Assembly: GCA_024653205.1 (NCBI GenBank)
Contig: JANLFO010000005.1
Span: forward strand, 65,284-129,283
Length of the DNA: 64,000 nucleotides
Source: Clostridia bacterium
Lineage (GTDB): Bacteria; Bacillota; DSM-521; Neomoorellales; SLTJ01
Direction: 5' to 3'
The notes beneath the pieces were generated by a model. That model did not search any database. It saw nothing but the letters and a program-made list of their open reading frames with translations, and was not told where the DNA came from. The position numbers and the translations under genes were made by a program. Position 1 is the stretch's first letter. The number at the start of each line of letters is the position of its first letter. Below, piece after piece: positions 1 to 9,735 of this stretch.

Positions 1-1
1 C

Positions 2-349
2 GGAGTGCCCCTTTGGATCAATCCCTGGTTGCGGTTAAACGTAATCTTCTATTACGGATTCACCTTCTACCTCTGGTACCGCTACCGCCCCTACATGAAC
101 GGCTGCCCTCCGCGCGGCAGGCTCCTTTCCCGCCTCCTGGCGCCGGTCGAGCTGCTGCTTCTGCCCGTGGCCAGCTTCTTCTTTCCCCTACCCTATACCT
201 GGGCCATGATCCTGAAGCTTCTCGGGCGCGCTCCAAAGACCTGGGTCAAGACCCCCCGCACCCGGGAAGCCGCCGTTCCCCCGGCCATACCCGTACATAC
301 CGCCGGGCGGCTGGCCATGGGGACCGGGGAAGCGGCCCGCCGGTCCTGA
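2..349 (+). CDS. 3' end of a polytopic membrane protein gene entering from upstream of the window (possibly a glycosyltransferase-2-like C-terminal tail)
   Basis: The frame is open from the window edge. It has aromatic/hydrophobic TM-like segments (VIFYYGFTFYLWY, LLLLPVASFFFPLPY) followed by a basic tail KTWVKTPRTRE. The family assignment is a guess. Confidence 0.35.
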   Translation, partial: GVPLWINPWLRLNVIFYYGFTFYLWYRYRPYMNGCPPRGRLLSRLLAPVELLLLPVASFFFPLPYTWAMILKLLGRAPKTWVKTPRTREAAVPPAIPVHTAGRLAMGTGEAARRS

Positions 350-391
350 TACGGCCGTTTGCCGGGCCCGCCGCCCTCTTTCCGGTAAGGC

Positions 392-961
392 TCACAGCCC
401 CAGCCGGCCGGCAATTCCCTGCATGGCTTCCAGGCTCAGGGCGATGAACTCTTCCAGATCCAAGCCCAGTTCCCGGCAGAGCAGTATGTGCTCGCGGTTC
501 ACGTTGCGGGCGAAGGCGGTTTCCTTCATCCGCTTGCGCACCGACGAGGCCTTCACGCCGGCCAGCTTTTTATCCGGCTGTACCAGGGCGGTGGCGACGA
601 TCAGCCCGGTAATGGTTTCCGCGCAGGTGAGGGCGTAATCGAGGAGGGTCCGGCGCGTAAGGCCCAGAGCCTCCGCATTGTGCGCCTTAACCGCCTGGAT
701 CAGCTCCGGAGGCGCGCCGCAGGCCTCCAGCCAGGCCGCGCTCTCCAGGCCGTGCCGGGAGGGGTTGTCTTTGGTCTGCTCGAAATCCAGATCGTGCAAG
801 AGCCCGGCCCAGCCCCAGAGCTCCGCGTCCTGGCCCAGCCGCTCCGCCAGGCGGCGCATTACCGCCTCGGTGGCGTAGCAGTGCTTGCGCAGGTTTTCCT
901 GGGTTACCTTCTCCTCAAAAAGCCGCCGCAGTTCTTCCTCTCTTCCCGCGTCCCAGGCCAC
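392..961 (-). CDS. HD-domain metal-dependent phosphohydrolase (HDIG-like)
   Basis: Contains LLHDLDFEQT, KAHN and an N-terminal ENLRKHCYATEAVMRRLA typical of small HD/HDIG hydrolases. Start chosen at the GTG 9 nt after the GAGGGGAGG Shine-Dalgarno sequence; the track ORF extends to 1015. Confidence 0.7.
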   Translation of the reverse strand: MAWDAGREEELRRLFEEKVTQENLRKHCYATEAVMRRLAERLGQDAELWGWAGLLHDLDFEQTKDNPSRHGLESAAWLEACGAPPELIQAVKAHNAEALGLTRRTLLDYALTCAETITGLIVATALVQPDKKLAGVKASSVRKRMKETAFARNVNREHILLCRELGLDLEEFIALSLEAMQGIAGRLGL

Positions 962-1103
962 GCCCACTTGCCTCCCCTCGAACCGAATTACGGGGCCGCC
1001 TTGCCCGCAGGCCAAGCCGGCACGGCCAGAGCGAACCTGCCGGCCCGCAGTCGCACCCGCATCGCGGGACGAGAACCACCCGGCAGGTTTCGGGTCGGTC
1101 CGC

Positions 1104-1454
1104 TTAACCGTTCGTCAGGGCCCGGCGAATGTTGGTCAACAGCTGCGCCTTGGGCTGGTAGCCGACCAGCCGGCCTATTTCCTGACCGCCCTTGAAGATG
1201 ACCAGGGTGGGGATGCTCATGACTCCGTAGGAGGCGGCGGTTTCCTGGTTGGCATCCACGTTGAGCTTGGCCACCTTTGCCTCGCCCGCCAACTCCTCCG
1301 CCACTTCTTCCAGCACCGGAGCCAGCATCCGGCAGGGGCCGCACCACTCGGCCCAGAAATCCACTACCACCGGAACCGGCGAAGCCAAGACCTCGCTGAT
1401 GAAATTGTCGTCGTTGACGTGAAGGATTTCCGCCAAGGCGATCCCCTCCATCAT
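1104..1454 (-). CDS. trxA: thioredoxin
   Basis: Canonical WCGPC active site (VVVDFWAEWCGPCRMLAP) and a full thioredoxin fold length. Start trimmed to an internal Met (MMEGIALAEI). Confidence 0.9.
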   Translation of the reverse strand: MMEGIALAEILHVNDDNFISEVLASPVPVVVDFWAEWCGPCRMLAPVLEEVAEELAGEAKVAKLNVDANQETAASYGVMSIPTLVIFKGGQEIGRLVGYQPKAQLLTNIRRALTNG

Positions 1455-1558
1455 GATCGGGTTGTTCTGGTAAGAAACGTCGCCAGACGGCCGATTCCGA
1501 GGGTGCAGACCGCCGGCCGCACCCTCCAACGCCTGGGTGTTGCCCGCGCATCGCCGCC

Positions 1559-2602
1559 CTATTCCCGGCGGCGCACCACCGCGATCTCCCGTGCCGCCAC
1601 CACCTCACCCACGGCTGCGGCCGCCACTCCCCGTTCCGCCAGCCGCGCCAGGCACTGCTCTTGCTTGTCGGGGGGAACCGCCAGAAGCAGGCCGCCCGAG
1701 GTCTGGGGATCGAAGAGCAGGTCCTGCTCTACCTCCGCCACGCCCGGGTCAAACCTGACCAGCCGCCCGAAGTGCTGCCGGTTGGCGTGGGCCCCGCCCG
1801 GCAAAAGCCCCATTGCCGCCAGCTCCCGGGCGTGGGGGTAAAGGGGAACGGCCTCCACCCAGAAGCGCATACCCACCCCGCTGGCCAGGGCCATTTCCGC
1901 CGCGTGTCCCAGAAGGCCGAAGCCGGTGACGTCGGTGCAGGCGACGAGCTCTAGCTCTGCCGCCACCTCAGCGGCCTCGCGGTTGAGGCGGGCCATGCCG
2001 GCAGCCGCCTCGGCCACGGCCTCCGGCGGCGCCATTTCCCCCTTGAGCGCGGTGGCGATCACCCCGGTGCCCAGCGGTTTGGTCAGCACCAGGACGTCCC
2101 CCGGCCGCGCCCCGGCATTGGTCATCACCCGCCGTGGATGCACCAGCCCGGTCACCGCCAGACCGAACTTGGGCTCCTCGTCCTCCACCGTGTGCCCGCC
2201 CACCGTTACCGCCCCGGCCTCCAGCACCTTTTCCGCTCCGCCGCGCAGGATCTCCCGCAGGACCGCCGGGTCCAGCTTGCGGGAAGGGAAGCAGACGATG
2301 TTCAGGGCGGTCAGGGGCGTGCCGCCCATGGCATAGACGTCGCTCAGGGCGTTGGCGGCGGCGATCTGGCCGAAGAGGTAGGGGTCGTCCACTATCGGGG
2401 TAAAGAAGTCCACCGTCTGGACCAGCGCCCGCTCCTCGTCCAGCAGGTAAACCCCGGCGTCGTCGTAGGTGCCGTGCCCCACCAGGAGCCGGTCTGAAGG
2501 CATGGCCGGCAGGTCGGCCAGGATCTTGCTGAGGGTCCCCGGACCCACCTTGGCCGCTCAACCCGCGCTGCAGGTAAGCTGCGTCAACCGTACCCGCTCC
2601 AT
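1559..2602 (-). CDS. selD: selenide, water dikinase (selenophosphate synthetase), selenocysteine-containing form
   Basis: The track ORF (1559..2548) matches SelD (GTYDDAGVY, VDFFTPIVDDPY, AANALSDVYAMGG). Reading upstream on the minus strand gives ATG(2602) MERVRLTQLTCSAG-TGA(2560..2558)-AAKVGPGTLSKIL. This is the SelD N-terminal glycine-rich loop with UGA at the Cys/Sec position. Confidence 0.9.
2516..2557 (-). promoter_or_regulatory. candidate SECIS hairpin directly 3' of the selD UGA
   Basis: On the mRNA, 11 nt after the UGA there is a perfect GGGUCC-GGGGACCC palindrome (2546..2533). It is nested inside an outer GGCCA(A)GG/CCUGGCC stem (2555..2516). Folded by eye only. Confidence 0.45.
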
Positions 2603-2721
2603 CCCGTTCACCTCCCCGGCGCCGCCCTAAATGATCTGCTTCGACAAGACCCCTATCGCATCCTTCCGGGTGCTACCGACGAATGGCAGGCTCCGGCCCC
2701 GGTACGAGGATCGGCCGCGCC

Positions 2722-3483
2722 TCAGGAGCCCTCCTTGCGCCCCAGGGCCAGCCACTGCTGCACCAGCTCCAGGGGGAAGGGGAAGACCACCACCGTGGCC
2801 TTGTCACTGGCAATTTCAGTAAGGGTCTGCAGGTAGCGGAGCTGCAGCGAGGCCGGCTGGGAGGAGATTATGCGGGCCGCCTCGGTCAGCTTCTCCGCCG
2901 CCTGGTATTCGCCCTCGGCGTGGATGACCTTGGCCCGCCGTTCCCGCTCCGCCTCCGCCTGGGCGGCCATGGCCCGCTGCATGGCCTGCGGCAGCTCTAC
3001 ATCCCGAATCTCCACCAGGCTCACCTTTACCCCCCACGGCTCGGTGCCCTCGTCGATGATCTGCTGCAGGCGCTGGTTGATCTGCTCGCGCCGGGCCAGC
3101 AGTTCATCCAGGTCCGACTGCCCCAGCACGCTGCGCAGGGTGGTCTGCGCCAGCTGGGAGGTGGCGTAAATGTGGTCCATTACTTTAAGCACCGCGTTGG
3201 CCGGGTCCATTACCCGGAAGTACACCACGGCGTTGACCTTGACGGTGACGTTGTCGCGGGTGATGGCCTCCTGAGTGGGCACGTCCATGGTAATGGTGCG
3301 CAGGTCCACCTTCTGCATGCGCTCGATGATCGGGATCAGGATGAAAAGACCCGGCCCGCGCACGCCCACAAAGCGGCCCAGGCGAAATATTACTCCTCTT
3401 TCGTACTCTTGCACCACCTTGATACTGGTGGAAAGCAGGATCACCACGATGATTACTATACCGGTAATGACGGGCAGACTCAT
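2722..3483 (-). CDS. SPFH/band-7 (stomatin-like, slipin) membrane protein
   Basis: N-terminal TM helix, then [32 protein letters not shown] and a C-terminal [17 protein letters not shown]. Start at ATG 3483, preceded by GGAGG. Confidence 0.9.
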   Translation of the reverse strand: MSLPVITGIVIIVVILLSTSIKVVQEYERGVIFRLGRFVGVRGPGLFILIPIIERMQKVDLRTITMDVPTQEAITRDNVTVKVNAVVYFRVMDPANAVLKVMDHIYATSQLAQTTLRSVLGQSDLDELLARREQINQRLQQIIDEGTEPWGVKVSLVEIRDVELPQAMQRAMAAQAEAERERRAKVIHAEGEYQAAEKLTEAARIISSQPASLQLRYLQTLTEIASDKATVVVFPFPLELVQQWLALGRKEGS

Positions 3484-3524
3484 TTTCGTCCCTCCTAACC
3501 GTACCCGGCGCCGAACAGGCCGGT

Positions 3525-4829
3525 CTATCCAGTATTCTTTCTCCGCACCCGCAGTTTTAAGCCTTCTACCGCGGTAATCACCACCTCCGCCCCGGCTTCT
3601 ATCCATCCCCCCTCGGCCGCGGAATGCCAGCGTTCCCCCTCCACCAATACCGTACCTTCCGGAGCCAGGTCGGTCAAGGCTCGGCCCACGGCTCCCACCA
3701 TGGCCTCCCTGCCGGTAACCACCTCACGCCGCTGGCCCCGCACCACCGCACCCACCAGCAAAACGAAAAAGGCGGTCACCGTAACGGCCATGCCCACGAT
3801 CAGGCCTATGCTGATCTCCGGAAACGGCGAACCCCGGCTGAAGAGCATCAGCGAGCCCAGCACCAGAGAGGCGATGCCTCCGGCGGTGAGCAGGCCGAAA
3901 CTGGGAGTGAAGGCCTCGGCGGCGAAGAGGACAAAGGCCAGGATGATCAGCAGCACTCCGCCCCAGTAGGCGTTGAGGGTGCCCAGCCCGTAGAGGGCCA
4001 GCAGCAGGCTGATCCCTCCGATCACTCCCGGGAAGATCGCCCCCGGATGGTAAAGCTCCATTACTATGCCCAGGAGGCCCACGGTCATGAGCACGTAGGC
4101 TATGGAGGGATTGGTAACGGTCAGCAGGAACTGCTCCACCCAGGTCATGGGAGTCCGCCGGGGCACGGCGGGGACCGTCTCCAGCACAACCTCCCGGCCG
4201 TCGGCCAGGGTAACCCGCCGGCCGTCGAGTTGGGTCAGGAGATCGGAGAGATCCTTGGCGCGCAGGTCGATCAGTTTGCCCTCCAGGGCCTCCCCGTCGG
4301 TGAAGGAGCGGCTCTCCCGCACGGCCGCCTCGGCTTTGGCCGGATCACGCCCCCGGGCCTGGGCAATGCTCCGCACCCAGGCGGCGGCGTCTTCAGTGAT
4401 CTTTTCCACCTCGGTAGAAGAGGGCTGGGATTGGGAGCCGCCCATGGCCACCGGGTGGGCGGCGCCGATCCGGCTGCCGGGAGCCATGGCCGCCACGTGG
4501 GCCGCCAGGGTAATGAAGGTGCCGGCCGAAGCCGCCCATCCGCCGGCAGGAGAAACGTAAACCACTACCGGCACCCGGGCGTTGAGAATGCGGGCGACGA
4601 TCTTCTGCGTGGTCTCGTACAGACCCCCGGGAGTATTGAGCTCGATGACGCACACCGCCCCCGCAGCCTCGGCCTTGGTCAGGCCCCGGTCCAGGTACTC
4701 GGCCACCACGGGCACGATGGGGCCGTCTACCTCCAGCACGTGCACCTCCGCCGCCAGGGCGGGACCGGGAGCGGCAAGAACCAACCCCAACAGCAGGATA
4801 AAGAATAACGCCGTCACCCGCCTCGGCAT
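3525..4829 (-). CDS. NfeD-family membrane-bound ClpP-class serine protease
   Basis: Signal/TM helix, a ClpP-like domain ([15 protein letters not shown]), multiple TM helices and a C-terminal NfeD OB domain. This is the classic operon partner of the downstream stomatin gene. Confidence 0.85.
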   Translation of the reverse strand: MPRRVTALFFILLLGLVLAAPGPALAAEVHVLEVDGPIVPVVAEYLDRGLTKAEAAGAVCVIELNTPGGLYETTQKIVARILNARVPVVVYVSPAGGWAASAGTFITLAAHVAAMAPGSRIGAAHPVAMGGSQSQPSSTEVEKITEDAAAWVRSIAQARGRDPAKAEAAVRESRSFTDGEALEGKLIDLRAKDLSDLLTQLDGRRVTLADGREVVLETVPAVPRRTPMTWVEQFLLTVTNPSIAYVLMTVGLLGIVMELYHPGAIFPGVIGGISLLLALYGLGTLNAYWGGVLLIILAFVLFAAEAFTPSFGLLTAGGIASLVLGSLMLFSRGSPFPEISIGLIVGMAVTVTAFFVLLVGAVVRGQRREVVTGREAMVGAVGRALTDLAPEGTVLVEGERWHSAAEGGWIEAGAEVVITAVEGLKLRVRRKNTG

Positions 4830-5049
4830 ATACCTGCCCCCTCTAGCGAACTTTAAGCCCATTATACCATACGCCGGCCACCCGGCCCCTTACGCTCTTC
4901 GCCTGCCCCGCTGCCCCAAGGACACCCCTCTTTCATCCTCTGCGGGTTCCGAAGTTACCAATACCCTGCTCCTCCGGCGGGGGAAACCGGCCGGAGGCGG
5001 GCGACATATGCTAAGGAGAAGAAAGCCCACGAGCAAGGAGGGGAAAGCC

Positions 5050-6177
5050 GTGACTGCAGGAAAGCCGAGGAGGCTTTTTCCGGGAAGCAACACCGCGCGC
5101 GGGTTTCATTCTTTCTTCGACTACCTGGCCGGGCCCGGGGTGGACTGGCGGTTCATACTCAAGGGCGGCCCCGGGGTGGGCAAGTCCACCTTCATGGGCC
5201 GCATAGCCGAAACCCTACTGGAGAAAGGGTACGGGGTAGAGTTCTTCCACTGCTCCTCAGACCCCGACTCCCTCGATGGGGTGAGCATACCCGCGCTGGG
5301 TGTGGCCTTTCTGGACGGCACCGCCCCGCACGTGGTGGACCCTACGGCGCCGGGCGCGGCGGGGGAAATAATCAACCTGGGCGCGTACTGGGACGGGGCG
5401 CGGCTCCGGGAGAAAAGGCAGGAGATCCGAGAACTGAACGGCGAAATAGCGCGCCTGTTCCGCCTGGCCTACCGTTGTCTTGCCCACGCCCAACTTTACG
5501 TGCAGGAAATCGAAACCTACTATACCGACGCCGTCAAACCCGCCGCGCTCAGGCGGCTTCGGCAAGAGATGGGCAGTTTTCTGCTCGGCCAGGATCACGG
5601 TCAGGGTGAGGGAGCCGCCCGCCACCTCTTCGCCTCGGCCGTTACTCCCCGGGGCGTGGTAAACCGGCTGTCCGACGCCCTTGGAGAAGCAAGGCGGGTG
5701 GTGGTGATCAGGGGGTGCGGCAAGCACCTCGGGGCCTCCTTGATAGAAGGCATCTACCGGGAGGCGCTGGACCGCGGCTGCTACGTGGAAGCCTTCCACT
5801 GCGGCCTATTGCCGGAATATCTGGAGCACCTTTTCCTCCCGGAACTCGGAGCGGCGGTAGTGACCTCCAACCCCTACCATCCCTTCCCGGTCTCTGCCGG
5901 CTGCCGGGTGATTGACCTGGACCAAGAGCTGGAAGCTAGAATTCCGGCCGCCTACCAGAAGGATCTGGAAGCGGCCGCAGAAGGGCTGGAAGCGGCCATC
6001 CGCCGCGGCGTGGGCTTTATCGCCCGCACCAAAGAGATCCACGACGCCCTCGAGCAACTCTACGTTCCCGGCATGGACTTCGCCTCCATAGACGCCCTGC
6101 GGCAAGAGGTCACGGAGCGAATCCTCCGGACGGAAGCTTCGCGCTGCCGCAAAGAGCCGGCGAGGTCGGGTATCTGA
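5050..6177 (+). CDS. P-loop ATPase of the PRK06851 family (function unknown)
   Basis: FPGSNTARGFHSFFDY, Walker A GGPGVGKST and FHCSSDPDSLDG. Start set at the GTG 8 nt after AAGGAGG; the track ORF N-terminus (from 4582) overlaps nfeD antisense and looks non-coding. Confidence 0.7.
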   Translation: MTAGKPRRLFPGSNTARGFHSFFDYLAGPGVDWRFILKGGPGVGKSTFMGRIAETLLEKGYGVEFFHCSSDPDSLDGVSIPALGVAFLDGTAPHVVDPTAPGAAGEIINLGAYWDGARLREKRQEIRELNGEIARLFRLAYRCLAHAQLYVQEIETYYTDAVKPAALRRLRQEMGSFLLGQDHGQGEGAARHLFASAVTPRGVVNRLSDALGEARRVVVIRGCGKHLGASLIEGIYREALDRGCYVEAFHCGLLPEYLEHLFLPELGAAVVTSNPYHPFPVSAGCRVIDLDQELEARIPAAYQKDLEAAAEGLEAAIRRGVGFIARTKEIHDALEQLYVPGMDFASIDALRQEVTERILRTEASRCRKEPARSGI

Positions 6178-6412
6178 TCACCCGGCCTCGCCGTCACCGT
6201 AAAGTACCGCTAGGGTCAGTCGCCCGGCTGCAGGTCTACGGCCATATCAGGGCGACAATCCACGAAGGAGGCGGTGATCGATCGGATCGGCCTAGCTTTC
6301 AGCATCACCGCGCCATCCGGCGCGGCCCCGGACAACTGCAGAGCGAGGAGGTCTGGATGCCGAGTTTGTCAGCGCGGAAGCGACACCACATTTCAGGAGA
6401 GAGGCGAGATTT

Positions 6413-7777
6413 ATGGCGTCTGTCCAGGTAGCGGCGGTGGCAACCTTCCTGGTAGCTATCGCCCTGGTGGTGACCCGGGTTATCAACAGCGTGGTGGCCG
6501 CCCTCTTGGGTGTAGTAGCTATGGTACTCGCCGGTGTGATGAGCGATCTCCAGGCGTTCGGTTTCATAGACTGGAACGTTATCGCCATCCTGGTGAGCGT
6601 ATGGATCATCGCTACTTATTTCGGCAAAACGGGCATCCCTGAGTTTCTTGCGGCAAAGGTTCTGGCCTTTTCCCGGGGTAACGTGGCCGTGTTCGTCACC
6701 CTGCTGGGCACGCTCTCCGGTTTCATTTCCATGTTCGTCGATAACGTCGTAGTCGTGCTGATGATGGCCCCTGTGCTCTTCCACATCGCCCGGCAGTTCA
6801 AATTCAAGACCTTCGGTCCCCTGCTGTTCGTCGGCCTTTGCGCGAACTTCATGGGCACGGCCCTGCTCCTGGGCGACCTGCCGCCGCAGATGCTGCACAG
6901 CGTGAGCGGCATTGAGTTCGGCGGGTTCGTGTGGCACTCCGGCCGGCCTTCTTCGTTCATAATCCTCACCATTACCTATCTGATAGTCGTGGCGATCTTC
7001 TACCGCCGTTTCCGGCGTCAGTATGCCGGGCGGGCGGAAGCTGCCGCCACCGCGGACGTGGGAGCCCTGCCCGTATCGGAAAGCACGTCGGAGGAAACTG
7101 AATCCCAGCCCATGGACAAGCGGTTCGGCCTTCTGGTTTGCGGTGCCTTTGCCGGCACCATCGTGCTCATGAGCCTGCGCCATTTGACCGGGTATCGGCT
7201 CGGGTTCCTGGCCCTGGTGGGGGCGGTGGCCTTAATGCTGATGCTGGAAGTGTTGCGAAAGCTCTGGCATCTTAATGTTCCCAGCCTGGAGGAACTCCTG
7301 GCCGAGCTGCAGTGGGACGCCATCTTCTTTTACGCCGCCCTGTTTGCCCTGGTGGGCGGGCTGGAGCACGCGGGCATTATCAAAGCTATTGCCGACGCCC
7401 TCGTTCCCTACCTGCACCAGAGCCTCTTGCTGGGGACAACCCTGCTCTACTGGGTCACGGCCCCTATCGTGGGCATCGTCGAACACGATGCCTACATCCT
7501 TACCATGCTCTACGTGATTCGCGATCTGGCCGCCACCACCCAGCTAAACCCCTGGCCCCTTTACTGGGCCCTGCTGTGGGCGGGAACCCTGGGCAGCAAC
7601 CTCACCGTGGCCGGAGCCCCGGCGCTCTTCGTGGCCGTGAACATGGCCGAAAAGGAAGACGGGCGCAAGGTGGACTTTAAGGAGTTCCTCGGATGGAGCG
7701 GGCCCTTTGTGCTTTCATCCCTGGCCATTTGCTTTGTCCTGGCGGTGGTTGTCTGGGTTCTACCTTTCGCCAAGTAG
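6413..7777 (+). CDS. ArsB/NhaD-superfamily (citrate-transporter-like) permease
   Basis: About 12 predicted TM helices with two homologous halves separated by a polar loop. GGAGAGAGG Shine-Dalgarno sequence before the ATG. Confidence 0.75.
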   Translation: MASVQVAAVATFLVAIALVVTRVINSVVAALLGVVAMVLAGVMSDLQAFGFIDWNVIAILVSVWIIATYFGKTGIPEFLAAKVLAFSRGNVAVFVTLLGTLSGFISMFVDNVVVVLMMAPVLFHIARQFKFKTFGPLLFVGLCANFMGTALLLGDLPPQMLHSVSGIEFGGFVWHSGRPSSFIILTITYLIVVAIFYRRFRRQYAGRAEAAATADVGALPVSESTSEETESQPMDKRFGLLVCGAFAGTIVLMSLRHLTGYRLGFLALVGAVALMLMLEVLRKLWHLNVPSLEELLAELQWDAIFFYAALFALVGGLEHAGIIKAIADALVPYLHQSLLLGTTLLYWVTAPIVGIVEHDAYILTMLYVIRDLAATTQLNPWPLYWALLWAGTLGSNLTVAGAPALFVAVNMAEKEDGRKVDFKEFLGWSGPFVLSSLAICFVLAVVVWVLPFAK

Positions 7778-8061
7778 CCGTCCCGGTGCCGGGCCGGGGC
7801 AGTGCAGCGCGTAACCGGCAACCCCGGTTTCATCGAGTGCGTCAAGCCTTGCCGGGTACCGAACCGGGCGGGGCCGCAGCAATGAGGGGCGGCGGCCGGC
7901 GGGACGGGCGGAACCGCGCCGGCATCACATCACGGGCGGGTTCCCGGGCCGGCGGTGCCGGCGGCCTTAGCAAGGCCGTCTCGACCGGCAAGGCGATCGG
8001 TACCAGGTGGGACCGGGGCTGCCGGTAAGGATTAAGGTGGAAGAACACCGGCTCCAGAGGC

Positions 8062-8090
8062 TTGACAGAAAGCAAGCTCTGGAGGATGAT
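8062..8090 (+). promoter_or_regulatory. candidate sigma-A promoter for the hydGFE operon
   Basis: TTGACA (8062..8067), a 17-nt spacer, then GATGAT/TGATATAT (-10 region). By eye. Confidence 0.4.
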
Positions 8091-8221
8091 ATATACGGAA
8101 CAAAAGAATACGTTCCTGGCCCGACCGGGGAGGTAAGGCCTGTCCGGCCGGGGGCGAAAAGAGACTGCGGCTGGGGGTTCAAGCCCGCAGCCGGGGGAGG
8201 TAATCAGGCGGGCATGCCAAG

Positions 8222-8269
8222 GCCGTTCGTCGAAAGTAGTGCCATCCCGACGGGCGGCCGCTTTGTTTT
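8222..8269 (+). terminator. terminator-like hairpin plus U-tract in the hydG leader (possible attenuator)
   Basis: GCCGUUCGUCG (8222..8232) pairs with CGACGGGCGGC (8248..8258) using two G-U wobbles. It is followed by CUUUGUUUUC (8261..8270), immediately before the hydG RBS. Confidence 0.4.
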
Positions 8270-8283
8270 CGGGGGGTGAGAAC

Positions 8284-9687
8284 GTGAGTACTTACCGGGC
8301 CGACTTTATCCACGAGGCGAAAATCGAGGGGTTGCTGGCCGAGGCCGCGCAAGCCGGGCCGGAGCAGGCAGAGCGAATAGTGGAGAAAGCCCGCCGGGCC
8401 CGGGGCCTGGAGCCCTACGAGGCGGCGGTGCTGCTGCAGACCGAGGACCCGGGAGTTTGGCAGCAGGCCTTTGCCGCGGCCCGGGAGGTGAAGGAGAAGA
8501 TCTACGGCCGCCGCATGGTGCTTTTCGCGCCCTTATACATCAGCGACTACTGCGTCAACGACTGCCGCTACTGCGGCTACCGCCGCTCCAATCGGTTTCC
8601 CCGCCGCCGGCTGGGCTGGGAGGAACTGGAGCAAGAGGTAAGGATACTGGAATCCCTGGGTCACAAGCGGCTGGCCGTGGAGGCCGGTGAGGACCCGGTG
8701 CACTGCCCCCTGGACTACGTGGTGGAAACCATCCGCCGCATCTACCGCATCACCCAGGACCAGGGCAGCATCCGCCGGGTGAACGTGAACATTGCCGCCA
8801 CCACCGTGGACGCCTACCGAGAACTGAAGAAGGCGGGGATCGGAACCTACATCCTTTTCCAGGAGACCTACCACCGGGCCACCTACGCCTACATGCACCC
8901 TTCCGGGCCCAAGTCCGATTACGAGTGGCACACCACCGCCATGCACCGCGCCCAGGAGGCGGGCCTGGACGACGTGGGTCTGGGGGTGCTGTTCGGCCTT
9001 TACGATTACAAGTTCGAAGTGCTGGCTTTGCTCTTCCACGCCCGCAGCCTGGAGGAAACCTTCGGCGTGGGACCGCACACCATCTCCGTGCCCCGGCTGC
9101 GGCCCGCCCTGGGAGTCTCGCTGGAGGACTTCCCCCACCTGGTGCCGGACGAGGACTTCCTCAAGATAGTGGCCGTAATACGCCTTGCCGTGCCCTACAC
9201 CGGCATGATCATCTCCACCCGGGAGTCCCCGGAGCTGAGGTCCGTACTCTTCGGTCTGGGCATCTCGCAGCTCAGCGCCGGCTCCTCCACCGGCGTGGGC
9301 GGCTACTCTCGGCGCCGGGCCCAGGCGGCCGAAGAGCGGGCGCCGCAGTTCGAGCTGGAGGACACCCGTTCGCCGGACGAGGTGATCCTGGACCTCTGCC
9401 GCCGGGGATTCCTGCCCAGCTACTGCACCGCCTGCTACCGCCGCGGGCGCACCGGCGAGCGCTTCATGGCTCTGGCCAAGACCGGCCAGATCCAGAACGT
9501 GTGCCAGCCCAACGCCATCCTCACCTTCGAAGAATACCTCCTGGATTACGCTTCTCCGGCCACCCGGGAGGCGGGGGAGAGAATGCTGGCGGAGCAACTG
9601 GAGAGCATCCCCAGCCCCACGGTGCGGCGGCAGACCGAGGAACGCCTGGAGCGCATCCGACAGGGTGAACGCGACCTGTACTTCTGA
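8284..9687 (+). CDS. hydG: [FeFe]-hydrogenase H-cluster radical-SAM maturase HydG
   Basis: ThiH-like radical SAM motif CVNDCRYCGY plus a C-terminal Cys-rich region (LPSYCTACYRRGRTGERF). GTG start after the GGGGGG Shine-Dalgarno sequence. Confidence 0.9.
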   Translation: MSTYRADFIHEAKIEGLLAEAAQAGPEQAERIVEKARRARGLEPYEAAVLLQTEDPGVWQQAFAAAREVKEKIYGRRMVLFAPLYISDYCVNDCRYCGYRRSNRFPRRRLGWEELEQEVRILESLGHKRLAVEAGEDPVHCPLDYVVETIRRIYRITQDQGSIRRVNVNIAATTVDAYRELKKAGIGTYILFQETYHRATYAYMHPSGPKSDYEWHTTAMHRAQEAGLDDVGLGVLFGLYDYKFEVLALLFHARSLEETFGVGPHTISVPRLRPALGVSLEDFPHLVPDEDFLKIVAVIRLAVPYTGMIISTRESPELRSVLFGLGISQLSAGSSTGVGGYSRRRAQAAEERAPQFELEDTRSPDEVILDLCRRGFLPSYCTACYRRGRTGERFMALAKTGQIQNVCQPNAILTFEEYLLDYASPATREAGERMLAEQLESIPSPTVRRQTEERLERIRQGERDLYF

Positions 9688-9735
9688 GTCTCAGTCGGCG
9701 ATCGGGCTTGTCGGCCAACGCGGCCCAGTACTGAC

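Noticed and set aside
4582-5049. N-terminal extension of the PRK06851-like ORF. Similar long N-terminal extensions occur on track ORFs 23316.., 27823..29157, 29242..30189, 29639.. and 33099..35018.
   Set aside because: The extensions overlap neighbouring genes or intergenic DNA and lack coding character. Internal starts with strong Shine-Dalgarno sequences match the expected family N-termini.
6274-6642. ORF with an AAGGAGG-GTG start upstream of, and overlapping, the ArsB/NhaD permease gene.
   Set aside because: The product is low-complexity (Gly/Arg/Pro) and overlaps the permease start in another frame. The permease has its own good Shine-Dalgarno sequence and ATG at 6413.
7780-8060. GC-rich 280-bp spacer after the permease gene, containing the track ORFs 7842..8075 and 7693..8028.
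   Set aside because: The ORF products are Pro/Arg/Gly-rich nonsense. There is no clear repeat match or RNA motif. It is left unannotated apart from the downstream hydG promoter and leader.
8533-9597. Long antisense ORFs opposite well-supported genes. Examples: 8533..9597 vs hydG, 10162..11388 vs hydF, 14082..15590 vs hydA, 16370..18124 vs hydB, 23565..25550 vs the MopB gene, 26367..27500, 31504..32838, 37706..38959, 39211..40098 and 52937..54220.
   Set aside because: These are mirror ORFs expected in about 65% GC DNA. Their products are Arg/Gly/Pro/His-rich with no recognisable motifs, while the opposite strand encodes proteins with clear family signatures.
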